Shown: positions 53,192-62,475 of the stretch, in pieces | Numbering within the stretch: the first letter of the stretch is position 1 | How the letters are laid out: each line of letters opens with the position of its first letter | Assembly (NCBI GenBank): GCA_022823405.1 | Contig: JAJDXD010000096.1 | Span: forward strand, 5,943-69,942 | Source: Gammaproteobacteria bacterium | GTDB lineage: Bacteria > Pseudomonadota > Gammaproteobacteria > Arenicellales > JAJDZL01 | DNA length: 64,000 nt | Direction: 5' to 3' | The notes under the pieces: generated by a model | Told to the model about the DNA's origin: nothing | Database searches by the model: none | Seen by the model: only the letters and a program-made list of their open reading frames with translations | Position numbers and translations under genes: made by a program

Positions 53192-54763
53192 TCAGTCGGT
53201 GCCAAGTCGTTGTGCAAGTGTTTCACGTAACACCCGGTGAAGTATTTTCCCAGTTGCATTCCGCGGCATCTCCGAATCACTCAGAAAAACTATTTCACGT
53301 GGGCGCTTATAGCCGGCCAGTCGGCCATTTGTCCATTCAATCAGCGTCGTGTCATCGATTTGAGAATTGGGAGCTCGAACGACTGCGGCCTGAACACTTT
53401 CTCCCCACTTGGGATCTGGACGACCGACGACGGCGACTTCGCGGACTTCGGGGTGAGTCACTAGAACGGATTCCACCTCAGATGGATAGACATTTTCACC
53501 GCCAGAAATGATCAGATTCTTTTTTCTATCAATCAGTCGAATGTAGCCGTCTGTGTCGCGCATTGCAATATCGCCCACAGTCAGATAGTCTCCGCGAAAC
53601 ACCTCGGCAGTTTTTTCTGGCAAGTTCCAGTACCCATCAAACGAATAGGGATTGCATGAATAAAGTTCACCTGGATTTCCATCCGTTACCTCTTCATCGC
53701 TGTCGTCGATTAACTTGATTGGTGCAGACCCAACCACCTCTCGACCGACGCTTCCCAACTTGTCAAACTGCTCGTGAGGGTGGAGCATGGTTACCCAGCC
53801 CGCTTCCGTGGAACCGTAAAGCTCGAACAGGCCCGAGTTCACAAACATCTCCATTATCGCCCGCTTGGTATCGCCCCGTGCCGGAGCCGATGAGATCATC
53901 AGTTTTTCAACCCTTTCAAAGTCTCTCGGATTACGTTCGGAAACTGGTATGTCAAGCAGCAAAGTGTAATGCGTAGGAACCATTGAAGTGAAGGTAGCTC
54001 CCGTTTCAGCGAAAGTGCGAAGACACAGTGCAGGATCAAAACTCTTGCGCGAAAAGATCGTTACTGTACCGCCACAATACGTAAATGCACTAAAAAAGTT
54101 CAGCGAATTGGCGTGAAACATTGGCATGACGAGCAGTGCATCATCTCTACGGTGGAGTTTCAGTTCAACCTCAGTCATCAAAGCCAGCATTGCCATGCCA
54201 CGGTGACCGCGAATTGCACCTTTCGGATTTCCTGTTGTCCCCGACGTGTACATTAGACACCAGGGATCATCTGCATTAACAGTTACATCTGGTTCTGTTG
54301 CAGCACCTGTGTGAAGGAAATCTTCGTATTCACGCCATCCGACCTGCTTCGACAGATCCCCAATGCCAACGAAATTTCTTTCTGGAATTTCGATGCTGTC
54401 GCGAATGCTTTCGACAACCGGTATCAGTTCGTCCTCAACAATGAGTGCACTTGCACTGGAGTCTTTGAGGATGTAGTACACTTCTGGACCCGTAAGACGA
54501 AAATTGATGGGAACGGTAATTAGGCCAGACTTGGCCATTGCAATGTAAATTTCTGCCCACTCAACTCGGTTGTAGGACAGAACTGCGACCCGTTCGCCTC
54601 GCGCGAGTCCAAGCCCAATGAGTGCGTTCGCCAGACGGCAGGAGCGCTCATTCCACTGGCGGTAATTCATTGATCGCGTAAGATCGCGCGCTGCAGTTTT
54701 TTCTGGTTGAAGTCGTGCGTGAGCGCTAACAACTTGTCCAATGGTCAGTGGTGCAAGACTCAT
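53192..54763 (-). CDS. Acyl-CoA synthetase (ANL superfamily)
   Basis: YTSGTTGNPKG, YGSTE, GD, RKKNLIISGGENVYP, PRNATGK. Confidence 0.92.
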   Translation of the reverse strand: MSLAPLTIGQVVSAHARLQPEKTAARDLTRSMNYRQWNERSCRLANALIGLGLARGERVAVLSYNRVEWAEIYIAMAKSGLITVPINFRLTGPEVYYILKDSSASALIVEDELIPVVESIRDSIEIPERNFVGIGDLSKQVGWREYEDFLHTGAATEPDVTVNADDPWCLMYTSGTTGNPKGAIRGHRGMAMLALMTEVELKLHRRDDALLVMPMFHANSLNFFSAFTYCGGTVTIFSRKSFDPALCLRTFAETGATFTSMVPTHYTLLLDIPVSERNPRDFERVEKLMISSAPARGDTKRAIMEMFVNSGLFELYGSTEAGWVTMLHPHEQFDKLGSVGREVVGSAPIKLIDDSDEEVTDGNPGELYSCNPYSFDGYWNLPEKTAEVFRGDYLTVGDIAMRDTDGYIRLIDRKKNLIISGGENVYPSEVESVLVTHPEVREVAVVGRPDPKWGESVQAAVVRAPNSQIDDTTLIEWTNGRLAGYKRPREIVFLSDSEMPRNATGKILHRVLRETLAQRLGTD

Positions 54764-54804
54764 CGAATTTAGCTATCAGAAAATGCAAGTGAAACCTGAT
54801 GATA

Positions 54805-55707
54805 TTATTTTTTTGACTTTCGTTTGGCCCGAGGGTGGGCACGGTCGTACTCTCTGGACAAATGTCCAAAATCCAGATGAGTATATATCTGTGTCGTCGA
54901 AATATTGGCGTGTCCTAAAAACTCCTGTACTGCGCGGATATCACCACTTGATTCCAGCACATGCGTCGCAAACGAATGCCTTAGCATATGAGGGTGCACG
55001 CCTGTCGGCATACCCTGTTGAACAGCTCTTACCTGAATGCGCTGCTGTATCGCGCGGGTAGTAGGTCTTGCACCTCGTCGAGTTACGAAAAATGCAGTTT
55101 CCTCATCCGCTGCCCAGTTACCACGACAGGTCAGCCAGTTTTTCAGGGCGTCAACCGCGTAGCTGCCAATCGGTACGATTCGTGTCTTCGACCCCTTGCC
55201 CAGCACTCGCATGATGCCTTCCTGTAAATTTACATCTGTCAGGTTAAGTCCAACAAGTTCCTGTAAACGAATTCCAGATGTGTAAAACAGTTCGAGAATC
55301 GCGCGGTCGCGAATGGCGAGTAAATCATCCCCAGGGATGTCGACCAGCTTGATTGCCTGTTCGGCAGTCAGGATTTTTGGCAGCTTACGCTTTGACTTCG
55401 GTGCGGAAACGCCATCAAAGGGATTGTTTTGAACCAGTTTCTCGCGAATCAGGTAGCGAAAGAAGGTTCGCGCCGCGGACAGCCTACGCGCGATGCTGCT
55501 GCCGGACAGACCCTTGCGATAGCTTTCACCAGCGAAACCTCTTGCCATAACAACCTGTACTTCGTTCCAACATCGAATGCTGTGACTTTCCAGGTATTCG
55601 TTTAACCTTTCCAGATCGCGGCGGTAATTGAGAATTGTATGAGGAGATACCCGGCGTTCTTTTTCCAGGTGCAGTACAAAGTCATTAATTAGATTCTGTT
55701 CCGGCAT
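54805..55707 (-). CDS. xerC: Tyrosine recombinase XerC
   Basis: SPHT..Y.RDL, RDRAILEL, GKGSKTR, HPHMLRHSFATH, LGHA..TTQIYT, HPRA; directly downstream of dapF. Confidence 0.93.
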   Translation of the reverse strand: MPEQNLINDFVLHLEKERRVSPHTILNYRRDLERLNEYLESHSIRCWNEVQVVMARGFAGESYRKGLSGSSIARRLSAARTFFRYLIREKLVQNNPFDGVSAPKSKRKLPKILTAEQAIKLVDIPGDDLLAIRDRAILELFYTSGIRLQELVGLNLTDVNLQEGIMRVLGKGSKTRIVPIGSYAVDALKNWLTCRGNWAADEETAFFVTRRGARPTTRAIQQRIQVRAVQQGMPTGVHPHMLRHSFATHVLESSGDIRAVQEFLGHANISTTQIYTHLDFGHLSREYDRAHPRAKRKSKK

Positions 55708-55736
55708 CGGAGTGGGGTAAGCAGTTCAATCAATAC

Positions 55737-56558
55737 TCAGGTTGCAATCCATCGGCCTTCATAAACATACGCAGCCGGGCCTGACAAGTGAACCGGTCTA
55801 TCGCTACCTTCCCACTCGACGAACAGTGATCCCGCGGTCAGTTTCACTTCGACCGAATGGTCTAGAAGTCCCAGTCGGATTCCAGCCACTACCGCAGCGC
55901 ATGCGCCGCTTCCACAGGCAAACGTTTCTCCCACGCCGCGTTCGAATACGCGAAGTCGGATGGAACTTCTGCTGACAACCTGGAGGTAGCCAACATTGGT
56001 TCGTTCAGGAAACCGGGGATGTGATTCAATTTTGGGTCCAGTTTCAGCGACAGGGGCTGTCTCAACATCCTCAACAAGTATCACAGCATGCGGATTGCCG
56101 ATGGAGAGTGCTGAGAACTGAATGTTATCGCCATTGACCTCAAGTTCATAGGTTGGCTGCTCCGATTCCGAGATAAATGGAACTTCAGATGGTCTGAATC
56201 TAGGTACTCCCAGGGCGACTGAAGTTTCAGAGCTGTTTACACGGCACAACATTTCGGCAGCAGAGGTTTTGAGAATAAATTCTCTTCCGGTCAAATAGCC
56301 ACGATCATGCAATAATCGACCCACACAGCGAGCGCCGTTACCGCATTGTGCGGATTCAGATCCATCAGCATTGTAAATCCTGAAATTAAAACTATTCTCA
56401 CCAGTGTTATTCACTAGTAAAATTTGATCGCATCCGATCCCAGTGTACCGGTCAGCAATGATTTTTGCCTGTGTTGGGTCAAAAGACACAGCCTTGTCAA
56501 CACCGTCAATGATTACGAAGTCATTACCCAATGCGTGCATTTTTGTGAATTCGAACAT
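55737..56558 (-). CDS. dapF: Diaminopimelate epimerase
   Basis: FTKMHALGNDF, QCGNGARC, GNPH, ERGVGETFACGSG. Confidence 0.96.
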   Translation of the reverse strand: MFEFTKMHALGNDFVIIDGVDKAVSFDPTQAKIIADRYTGIGCDQILLVNNTGENSFNFRIYNADGSESAQCGNGARCVGRLLHDRGYLTGREFILKTSAAEMLCRVNSSETSVALGVPRFRPSEVPFISESEQPTYELEVNGDNIQFSALSIGNPHAVILVEDVETAPVAETGPKIESHPRFPERTNVGYLQVVSRSSIRLRVFERGVGETFACGSGACAAVVAGIRLGLLDHSVEVKLTAGSLFVEWEGSDRPVHLSGPAAYVYEGRWIAT

Positions 56559-56588
56559 GGTAGTGATCAACTGGTAGGCAGCAAGAAT

Positions 56589-56849
56589 ATGTCAGCATCC
56601 CGAACTAAGAAATTCATTAGTTTGCTCCATTCCTTTCCGGCATGGTTACGCAAATTAATCGGGATATCACTGATATTTTTAGGATTTCTAGGATTTTTGC
56701 CGATTATCGGATTTTGGATGATTCCGCTTGGCCTTATTGTACTCTCAGCGGATTATCGGTTTGCACGCTCCATTTACGTCAGGTCCCGCTTGCTAATTCA
56801 TCGTTTCAAGAAAAAAAGAAGGCGAGCCGCTCGTGCCCGAACGGGTTGA
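56589..56849 (+). CDS. Small membrane protein
   Basis: 86 aa; hydrophobic hairpin GFLPIIGFWMIPLGL followed by a basic tail. Confidence 0.7.
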   Translation: MSASRTKKFISLLHSFPAWLRKLIGISLIFLGFLGFLPIIGFWMIPLGLIVLSADYRFARSIYVRSRLLIHRFKKKRRRAARARTG

Positions 56850-57099
56850 ATGTTGATTCTGGCTTGAAATTCTTAGATGCTGCTTCAGACAAAGCAGGAC
56901 ATTTCGTTCATCTGAAACAATCACCGACTGGTGGATAGTCTTAGAGCGGAAATTATTGGAGCTTACGAAAAACACTCCGAGGACTGAACATTCTGTCCTT
57001 GATAGGTGGAGGATTGGATAGAGTGATGAACTGCAGTCAATATTCCACCTGATTGACCCAAATAAGTAAATACTTGCAGTTCGATGGGAGGAAGTAATA

Positions 57100-57480
57100 A
57101 TGTCTAAATATGAACCTCTGGCAAATTATTTGAAGTCGGTCGATTTCGAATCAATTCCCATGACTTTTACAAAAATTGAACTAATCATAAATGACAGTTT
57201 ACCTGCTTCAGCTCGCAAGCACCGACCTTGGTGGAGCAACAATCCATCCAACAGCACAGTGCTCCGGTCGTGGATTGCAGCCGGCTACAAGGTGACCAAA
57301 GTTAATATGAATAACGAATGTCTAGTATTTGTCAAGATCGGAGCCGAAGATAAATTAGCAAAAGCACCATCAATTCCGACCTTGAAAAAATCAGACGTTC
57401 ATCCTGCTTTTGGATGCTTGCGGGGAACGGTAACCATACCTTGCGATATCGATTTGACTGCGCCTGCAATAGATAGTTAG
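57100..57480 (+). CDS. Hypothetical protein with an antitoxin-like C-terminal tail
   Basis: GGGAGG RBS; MSKYEPL..L, LP.SA....WWSN..SW..AG domain; tail HPAFGCLRGTV..DLTAP. Confidence 0.7.
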   Translation: MSKYEPLANYLKSVDFESIPMTFTKIELIINDSLPASARKHRPWWSNNPSNSTVLRSWIAAGYKVTKVNMNNECLVFVKIGAEDKLAKAPSIPTLKKSDVHPAFGCLRGTVTIPCDIDLTAPAIDS

Positions 57481-57511
57481 GCAGTCATTGCCTTGAATGC
57501 GGAACTCCACA

Positions 57512-57575
57512 ATGAAAAATCTTCTGCTAATACCTAGACTGTCATTTGGACAAGAACAGGCGATTCAGTCATAAA
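57512..57575 (+). pseudogene. Degenerate 5' remnant of a PIN-domain (VapC-like) toxin
   Basis: ATG AAA AAT CTT CTG CTA [G]AT ACC TAG ACT GTC ATT TGG; restoring one G gives MKNLLLDT*TVIW, matching the LLLDTxxxIW PIN start. Confidence 0.45.
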
Positions 57576-57696
57576 TTTCCGACAAACAAATATTGCTGTG
57601 ATAGGGCAATCAATTTTGGCTTGAACAAAGGACTTCGCTAAAATTGTTTCCTTAGCACTAACTGAAATGTCGGCTGGACAAATAGGGAGGTAAATC

Positions 57697-58401
57697 ATGT
57701 CTGGATCAATGATCACCATAAACTCATCAGATGGAGGCCAATTCGATGCCTACATGGTCGCACCAGAAAGCGGTTCTGGGCCAGGACTTGTTCTGATACA
57801 GGAAATATTCGGTATCAACTCGTTTCTTCGTGAGACAGCACAAGATTTTGCCAATAAAGGATATGTTGCCGTGGTACCGGATCTGTTCTGGCGATTTGAA
57901 CCCGGTATCGTGCTTGGCTATCACGATGAAGACTTCGCGAAGGCTTTTGACTACTACGGCCGGTTTGATGTCGATAACGGAATCAAAGATATTGCTGCCA
58001 CAATTGCCGCAGTCAGGGAACTGCCGCAGTGCAGTACTGGACAAGTTGGTGCACTCGGTTACTGTCTCGGTGGGTATTTGGCCTATTTGACTGCAGCAAG
58101 AACAGATGTAGACTGTTCAATCAGCTACTATGGTGTTTCGATTGAAAATTCACTGGATGAAGCTAATAACATCAACTGTCCGATGGTTATGCACTTCGCT
58201 GGAGCAGATGGCTTTGTCCCACCGGAAGCAGTTGAGCAAATCAGTGAAAAATTCAAAGGCTGCGAAGATATCGAAATCTACAGCTATCCGGGACTTGATC
58301 ACGCGTTTGCAACTCCCGGTCGAGAAAGTTATGATGAAGCTTCTGCTGATACAGCTAATTCTCGTAGTCTCGCACTGCTTCAGAAAGTACTAGGGTCGTG
58401 A
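57697..58401 (+). CDS. Dienelactone hydrolase family protein
   Basis: QEIFG, PDLFWR, GYCLGG nucleophile elbow, HAFA. Confidence 0.92.
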   Translation: MSGSMITINSSDGGQFDAYMVAPESGSGPGLVLIQEIFGINSFLRETAQDFANKGYVAVVPDLFWRFEPGIVLGYHDEDFAKAFDYYGRFDVDNGIKDIAATIAAVRELPQCSTGQVGALGYCLGGYLAYLTAARTDVDCSISYYGVSIENSLDEANNINCPMVMHFAGADGFVPPEAVEQISEKFKGCEDIEIYSYPGLDHAFATPGRESYDEASADTANSRSLALLQKVLGS

Positions 58402-58563
58402 TTTAGTCTAAAGCGGCAGCAAAAACACGCATCTGACCGGTGCAACAAAATGAAAATTCTGCCTTTTTAGTGCCGGTCAGCAAGCGGAATCTTCAAGCAA
58501 CTTCGTTCTGAACGCGGACGATTTAGAATTATTGAGTAGCTTTCCAAACCTCGGATTTAGCCG

Positions 58564-59400
58564 TTACATTTCTGGTAGGTAGTGCTGCCAATCCAACCCA
58601 CCGGAGCCTATCGCGAGAAACTTTGGGTTTCTAAGTTTCGCATCGGCCTTGTTGTATTTGAGCCGGTTATTGTCCATATCAATCACGGATCCACCTGCAC
58701 ACTCTAGGACACATTGTCCAGCCGCCGTATCCCATTCAGATGTCTGTCCATATCTCAAAAATACATCGACTGTGCCTTCAGCAGCCCTACAGAACTTTAT
58801 TGAGCTCGAACTTCGCAGAATCTCACAGGTAAATGAGTCCGCTTCAAGGTTGCGTTTGAACGCTTCAACTCCATCATTCATTCCAGACCTTGATATCAGC
58901 ATTCTGATGTAACTGTTGTTCAACTGTCCTGTATTTATCGATGCTGGTTCGTCAAATTCGGCGACTGAGCGGTAAGCGCCGACGCCGACGGCACCCCAGT
59001 AGGTACTTCCTTCGACTGGGCTGTGGACCACACCTAGAATTGGATAATGGCTTTCGATCAGCGCGATATTGACTGTGAACTCGTCGGTACCCTGAACAAA
59101 CGAGCGCGTGCCGTCCAGTGGGTCAATCAACCAGTAACGTTGCCAATGAGACCGCACTGAGTAATCCGCTATGTCGGACTCTTCTGAGATGATCGGAATT
59201 TCAGGTGTAAGTTCCGCAAGACTTGAGACAATGATTTCATTGGCTGCTAAATCCGCTTCAGTAACTGGACTGTTGTTTGATTTTTGCTGGACACTATAGT
59301 CAGATTTGTAATACCGAAGAATTTCGTGCCCAGCCTGAATCGAAATATTGGTAACGCGACCAACGATTGATTCCAAATCCATAGGATTGGTAATTGTCAT
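58564..59400 (-). CDS. cysQ: 3'(2'),5'-bisphosphate nucleotidase CysQ
   Basis: SPVTEADL, ISEES, WLIDPLDGT..EFTVNIAL, EWDTAAG. Confidence 0.92.
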   Translation of the reverse strand: MTITNPMDLESIVGRVTNISIQAGHEILRYYKSDYSVQQKSNNSPVTEADLAANEIIVSSLAELTPEIPIISEESDIADYSVRSHWQRYWLIDPLDGTRSFVQGTDEFTVNIALIESHYPILGVVHSPVEGSTYWGAVGVGAYRSVAEFDEPASINTGQLNNSYIRMLISRSGMNDGVEAFKRNLEADSFTCEILRSSSSIKFCRAAEGTVDVFLRYGQTSEWDTAAGQCVLECAGGSVIDMDNNRLKYNKADAKLRNPKFLAIGSGGLDWQHYLPEM

Positions 59401-59712
59401 TTGTCTAATTTGCTCACTTAAAGTCTATTGTTGAAAACCGGGTTGGTCATTCGATACATCAAGTATCCGTGTATCGGGTGATGCTGCTGCCAAATATTTC
59501 AATACTTTATGTTCGGTTGAAATAACACAGTTTGTAGAAGTTTAGGTCAGATAAACACACTGCCAATCATCAGGTTTTCACACGGTTAACCCATATAATT
59601 ATTGATTATCAAATACTTATAACGTGAATTATTCGAGCAACTTACTGTTGATTGATGTTCATGATATTTTCTAAGACCACCTCACTAAGGATTCAGATGT
59701 TGGAGCGCCATT

Positions 59713-60819
59713 GTGTCGGACTCGTCGCTGATTGAACGCTATAGGCAAGCTGTTCAAGAAGAAGGAATTGTGGCGGATCCCGGCCAGCAAAAAATTATAG
59801 AGCACCTCCAGCGCCTGCATAACCAGCTGTTGAACTCCGGTTCGATTCGACAGAGTCGAGTGTTAAAGCGATTTTTCCGACCCGACGAGGATTTGATCAA
59901 AGGAATTTACATCTGGGGAGGTGTCGGTCGCGGAAAGACTTTTCTAATGGACTTATTTTTCAGTTCTGCACCGGTTGATCTCAAATTGCGTACGCATTTC
60001 CACCGCTTCATGCAGTCAGTTCACCAAGAACTAAAAGAGTTCAGGGATACGACTGATCCCCTCGAAAAGATAGGTCGGAAGTTCTCGAAGCGTTGCAAAC
60101 TCTTGTGTCTTGATGAGTTTTTTGTCCTGGATATTGGTGATGCTGTAATACTTTCAGGTCTGCTTCGTTCGCTGCTTGAAAATGGTGTTGTGATTGTGGT
60201 TACTTCAAACACCAGCCCGGATAATCTTTACCTCGGAGGGATACAAAGAGATCGATTTATGGCCGCAATCCGGCTGATAAATTCGCAAATCGATGTGGTT
60301 CAGATCGATGACGGGACCGATTTCCGTCTACAGACACTGGCTGGGAAAAAGCTCTACTACGATTCGCTATCGCCTGAGACGGACGCAGTGTTCAAAAGTT
60401 TATTCACGGACCTGAGTGCTGGCTTGCCCGAGTACTCAAATTCACTGGAAATATTGAACCGGACTATCCAAAACGTTTGTCATTCGGACCACCTTGTCTG
60501 GTTTGAGTTTGCTGATATTTGTGATGGTCCGCGTTCTAAAGCTGACTACATTGAAATTGCCAGTCTGTATCGAACCGTGATGATCTCCAACATACCAGAA
60601 TTGAATTGGGAGTTCGAAAACCAAGCGCGCAGATTCATCGAACTGGTCGATGAGTTCTATGACCGCGGTGTACATCTGATAATCTCAGCTCATTCCTCAA
60701 TTAATTCACTTTACACGGGTAAGCGTTTGTTGAAAGAATTCGAGCGAACCACCAGCAGATTACATGAAATGCAAACTGATCGATATTTGTCGAGAGAACA
60801 TTGTGTATCAGCTGGCTAG
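59713..60819 (+). CDS. zapE: AFG1/ZapE-family ATPase
   Basis: GGVGRGKTFLMD, HFHRFM, DEFFV.DIGDA, RRFIELVDEFYD, FERTTSRL.EM. Confidence 0.92.
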   Translation: MSDSSLIERYRQAVQEEGIVADPGQQKIIEHLQRLHNQLLNSGSIRQSRVLKRFFRPDEDLIKGIYIWGGVGRGKTFLMDLFFSSAPVDLKLRTHFHRFMQSVHQELKEFRDTTDPLEKIGRKFSKRCKLLCLDEFFVLDIGDAVILSGLLRSLLENGVVIVVTSNTSPDNLYLGGIQRDRFMAAIRLINSQIDVVQIDDGTDFRLQTLAGKKLYYDSLSPETDAVFKSLFTDLSAGLPEYSNSLEILNRTIQNVCHSDHLVWFEFADICDGPRSKADYIEIASLYRTVMISNIPELNWEFENQARRFIELVDEFYDRGVHLIISAHSSINSLYTGKRLLKEFERTTSRLHEMQTDRYLSREHCVSAG

Positions 60820-60962
60820 ATGAATTGAAATATTGGTTGTTGAATTGGGATTGAAATAACCTCGCTGGACTAACTAAAGGTTTGATTTATTGTCTATAAT
60901 CGATTGATAGCGCACTCGTCGTAGGTAGGCGGACAGAGTATTTCATGAAATCAAATTAGATG

Positions 60963-60977
60963 ATATGGAATCCTCTC
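60963..60977 (+). repeat. IS left sub-terminal inverted repeat ATATGGAATCCTCTC
   Basis: Exact reverse complement of 62428-62442. Confidence 0.9.
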
Positions 60978-61033
60978 ACCCTCAAAGGTAGAATAAGGTT
61001 TATTGACAAACCAACCTGAAAGAGTGAGAGGTT

Positions 61034-62119
61034 ATGATGGAAAGTACATACGATAGCACAACGATTGGACTGGATTTGGCCAAAAATGTTTTTCACTACA
61101 CGGAGTTGAACCGGAACATGAAGATCATCCGCCAGGCGGGCATGCGCCGGTCAGAGGTGTTGAGGTTTTTCTCAGGCCTTGATGTTGACAAGGTTCGCTG
61201 TGTGGCGATGGAGGCCTGTGGTGGCGCCCATTTCTGGGGTCGGAAATTTGAGCGGATGGGATTGACGGTGAAGCTGCTGCCGCCGAGGTGGGTGAAGGCT
61301 TATGTGTTGAACAACAAGACTGATGCGAATGATTCGGTGGCGATTGCGGAAGCGGCGCAGCGGCCGAAACTGCGGGCTGTTGCGGTGAAGTCGGCTGCGC
61401 AGCAGGATCTGACGATGCTGCACGGCTGCCGCAGACAGGCGATCAAGACCCAGACGCAGTGGCGGAATTCGATCCGCGCCCATCTGGCCGAGCGCGGGCT
61501 GGTGACCGGTCGTTCGAAAAGACGTCTGGATGAGATGATCAAAGAGGTGTTGGCAGCCGATGAACAGGCGTTATCCGAGCTGGAGATCAGCGCTGAGTTC
61601 ATCTCGACATTGGAATACGAGTGGGTTCAGCTGCAGCGGATTGCTGAGAAGGTCAGGTACTACACGGATCGGATCAATGCGGTCAGTGCCGGAATGGAAG
61701 AAGTCAGACGGCTGCAGACGATTCCGGGGTTTGGGCCGATTGTGGCCAGTGCGCTGGTGGCGGCGGTGGGCGATGGCCGGGCGTTTGGCTGCGGGCGGGA
61801 CATGGCCGCCTGGCTGGGACTGGTTCCTCGGCAGCACTCAAGTGGCGGTCATCACCGCTCTGGCGGCATCTCCAAAGCCGGAGACCGTTACGTGCGCACG
61901 ATGCTGATCCATGGTGCCAGAGCGGTGTGTCGGTCTGCGAATCTGGATCCGAAAAAGCAGGACGCGCTGCACGACAAAGCGAGACGGGTGGCAAACAGGG
62001 CCAATCAGCAAAAGGCGGTGGTGGCGGTGGCCAACCAGATGGCGAGAATTGCCTGGGCAGTGCTGTCCAGGGAAGTTGAATATGACGCCCATCATAAAGC
62101 TGGTGTGACAAAGGCATAG
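61034..62119 (+). CDS. IS110-family DEDD recombinase/transposase
   Basis: IGLDLAK (D), AMEACG (E), KTDAND (D,D), IPGFG, GLVPRQHSSGG (catalytic Ser), VAVANQMARI. Confidence 0.95.
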   Translation: MMESTYDSTTIGLDLAKNVFHYTELNRNMKIIRQAGMRRSEVLRFFSGLDVDKVRCVAMEACGGAHFWGRKFERMGLTVKLLPPRWVKAYVLNNKTDANDSVAIAEAAQRPKLRAVAVKSAAQQDLTMLHGCRRQAIKTQTQWRNSIRAHLAERGLVTGRSKRRLDEMIKEVLAADEQALSELEISAEFISTLEYEWVQLQRIAEKVRYYTDRINAVSAGMEEVRRLQTIPGFGPIVASALVAAVGDGRAFGCGRDMAAWLGLVPRQHSSGGHHRSGGISKAGDRYVRTMLIHGARAVCRSANLDPKKQDALHDKARRVANRANQQKAVVAVANQMARIAWAVLSREVEYDAHHKAGVTKA

Positions 62120-62427
62120 ACAGAACGGCTGACAGAATGTGAACCATCGCTGTGCGAGATGGACTGGCGCAGCGGATGGTGAAATGGTTTACCTTTCGAG
62201 GGAGATTGCTTTGGTGAGATTGTGAACTGATGACGAAAAGGGCGATGCCTGCACAGGAAGAACCTGGAAGTTCCTACGGCTGCATGCAAGCCGAAAATTA
62301 GATAAGGGTCCTGTGTGCGAAGATCATCACGGCTCGGGGACAGGTAAACAAGTCCCCCTTTAGACGAAGCCGAATATAAGACTGCAACCCGGCTTGTTCA
62401 TTGACTCACAGTTTTAACTTGCAATCA
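62120..62427 (+). ncRNA. Putative bridge/seek RNA region of the IS1111-type element
   Basis: Non-coding right end with hairpins (GGGGAC..GTCCCC) and short matches to the element's flanks and ends; RNA boundaries unknown. Confidence 0.65.
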
Positions 62428-62442
62428 GAGAGGATTCCATAT
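62428..62442 (+). repeat. IS right sub-terminal inverted repeat GAGAGGATTCCATAT
   Basis: Exact reverse complement of 60963-60977. Confidence 0.9.
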
Positions 62443-62475
62443 AAGGGGACTAAGTCATGACTAGGGAGAGCTCAG

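Larger units (their letters stand above)
60959..62443 (+). mobile_element. IS110-family, IS1111-subgroup insertion sequence
   Basis: 15-bp perfect sub-terminal inverted repeats (60963-60977 and 62428-62442), short left end, about 320-bp non-coding right end, visibly GC-richer than the flanks; exact ends uncertain by a few bp. Confidence 0.9.

Noticed and set aside
54805-55707. Phage or island integrase
   Set aside because: Classical XerC motifs and dapF linkage; the missing DUF484 gene between them is a minor synteny difference.
56850-57000. Possible methyltransferase remnant (GLKFLDAA)
   Set aside because: Too short and degenerate to support.
60940-60951. ATTTCATGAAAT as another copy of the island operator
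   Set aside because: Two bases shorter between half-sites and far outside the island.
62351-62362. AGTCCCCCTT as a guide complementary to the right flank TAAGGGGACT
   Set aside because: It has an extra C and is more simply explained as the 3' arm of the hairpin with GGGGAC at 62336-62341.
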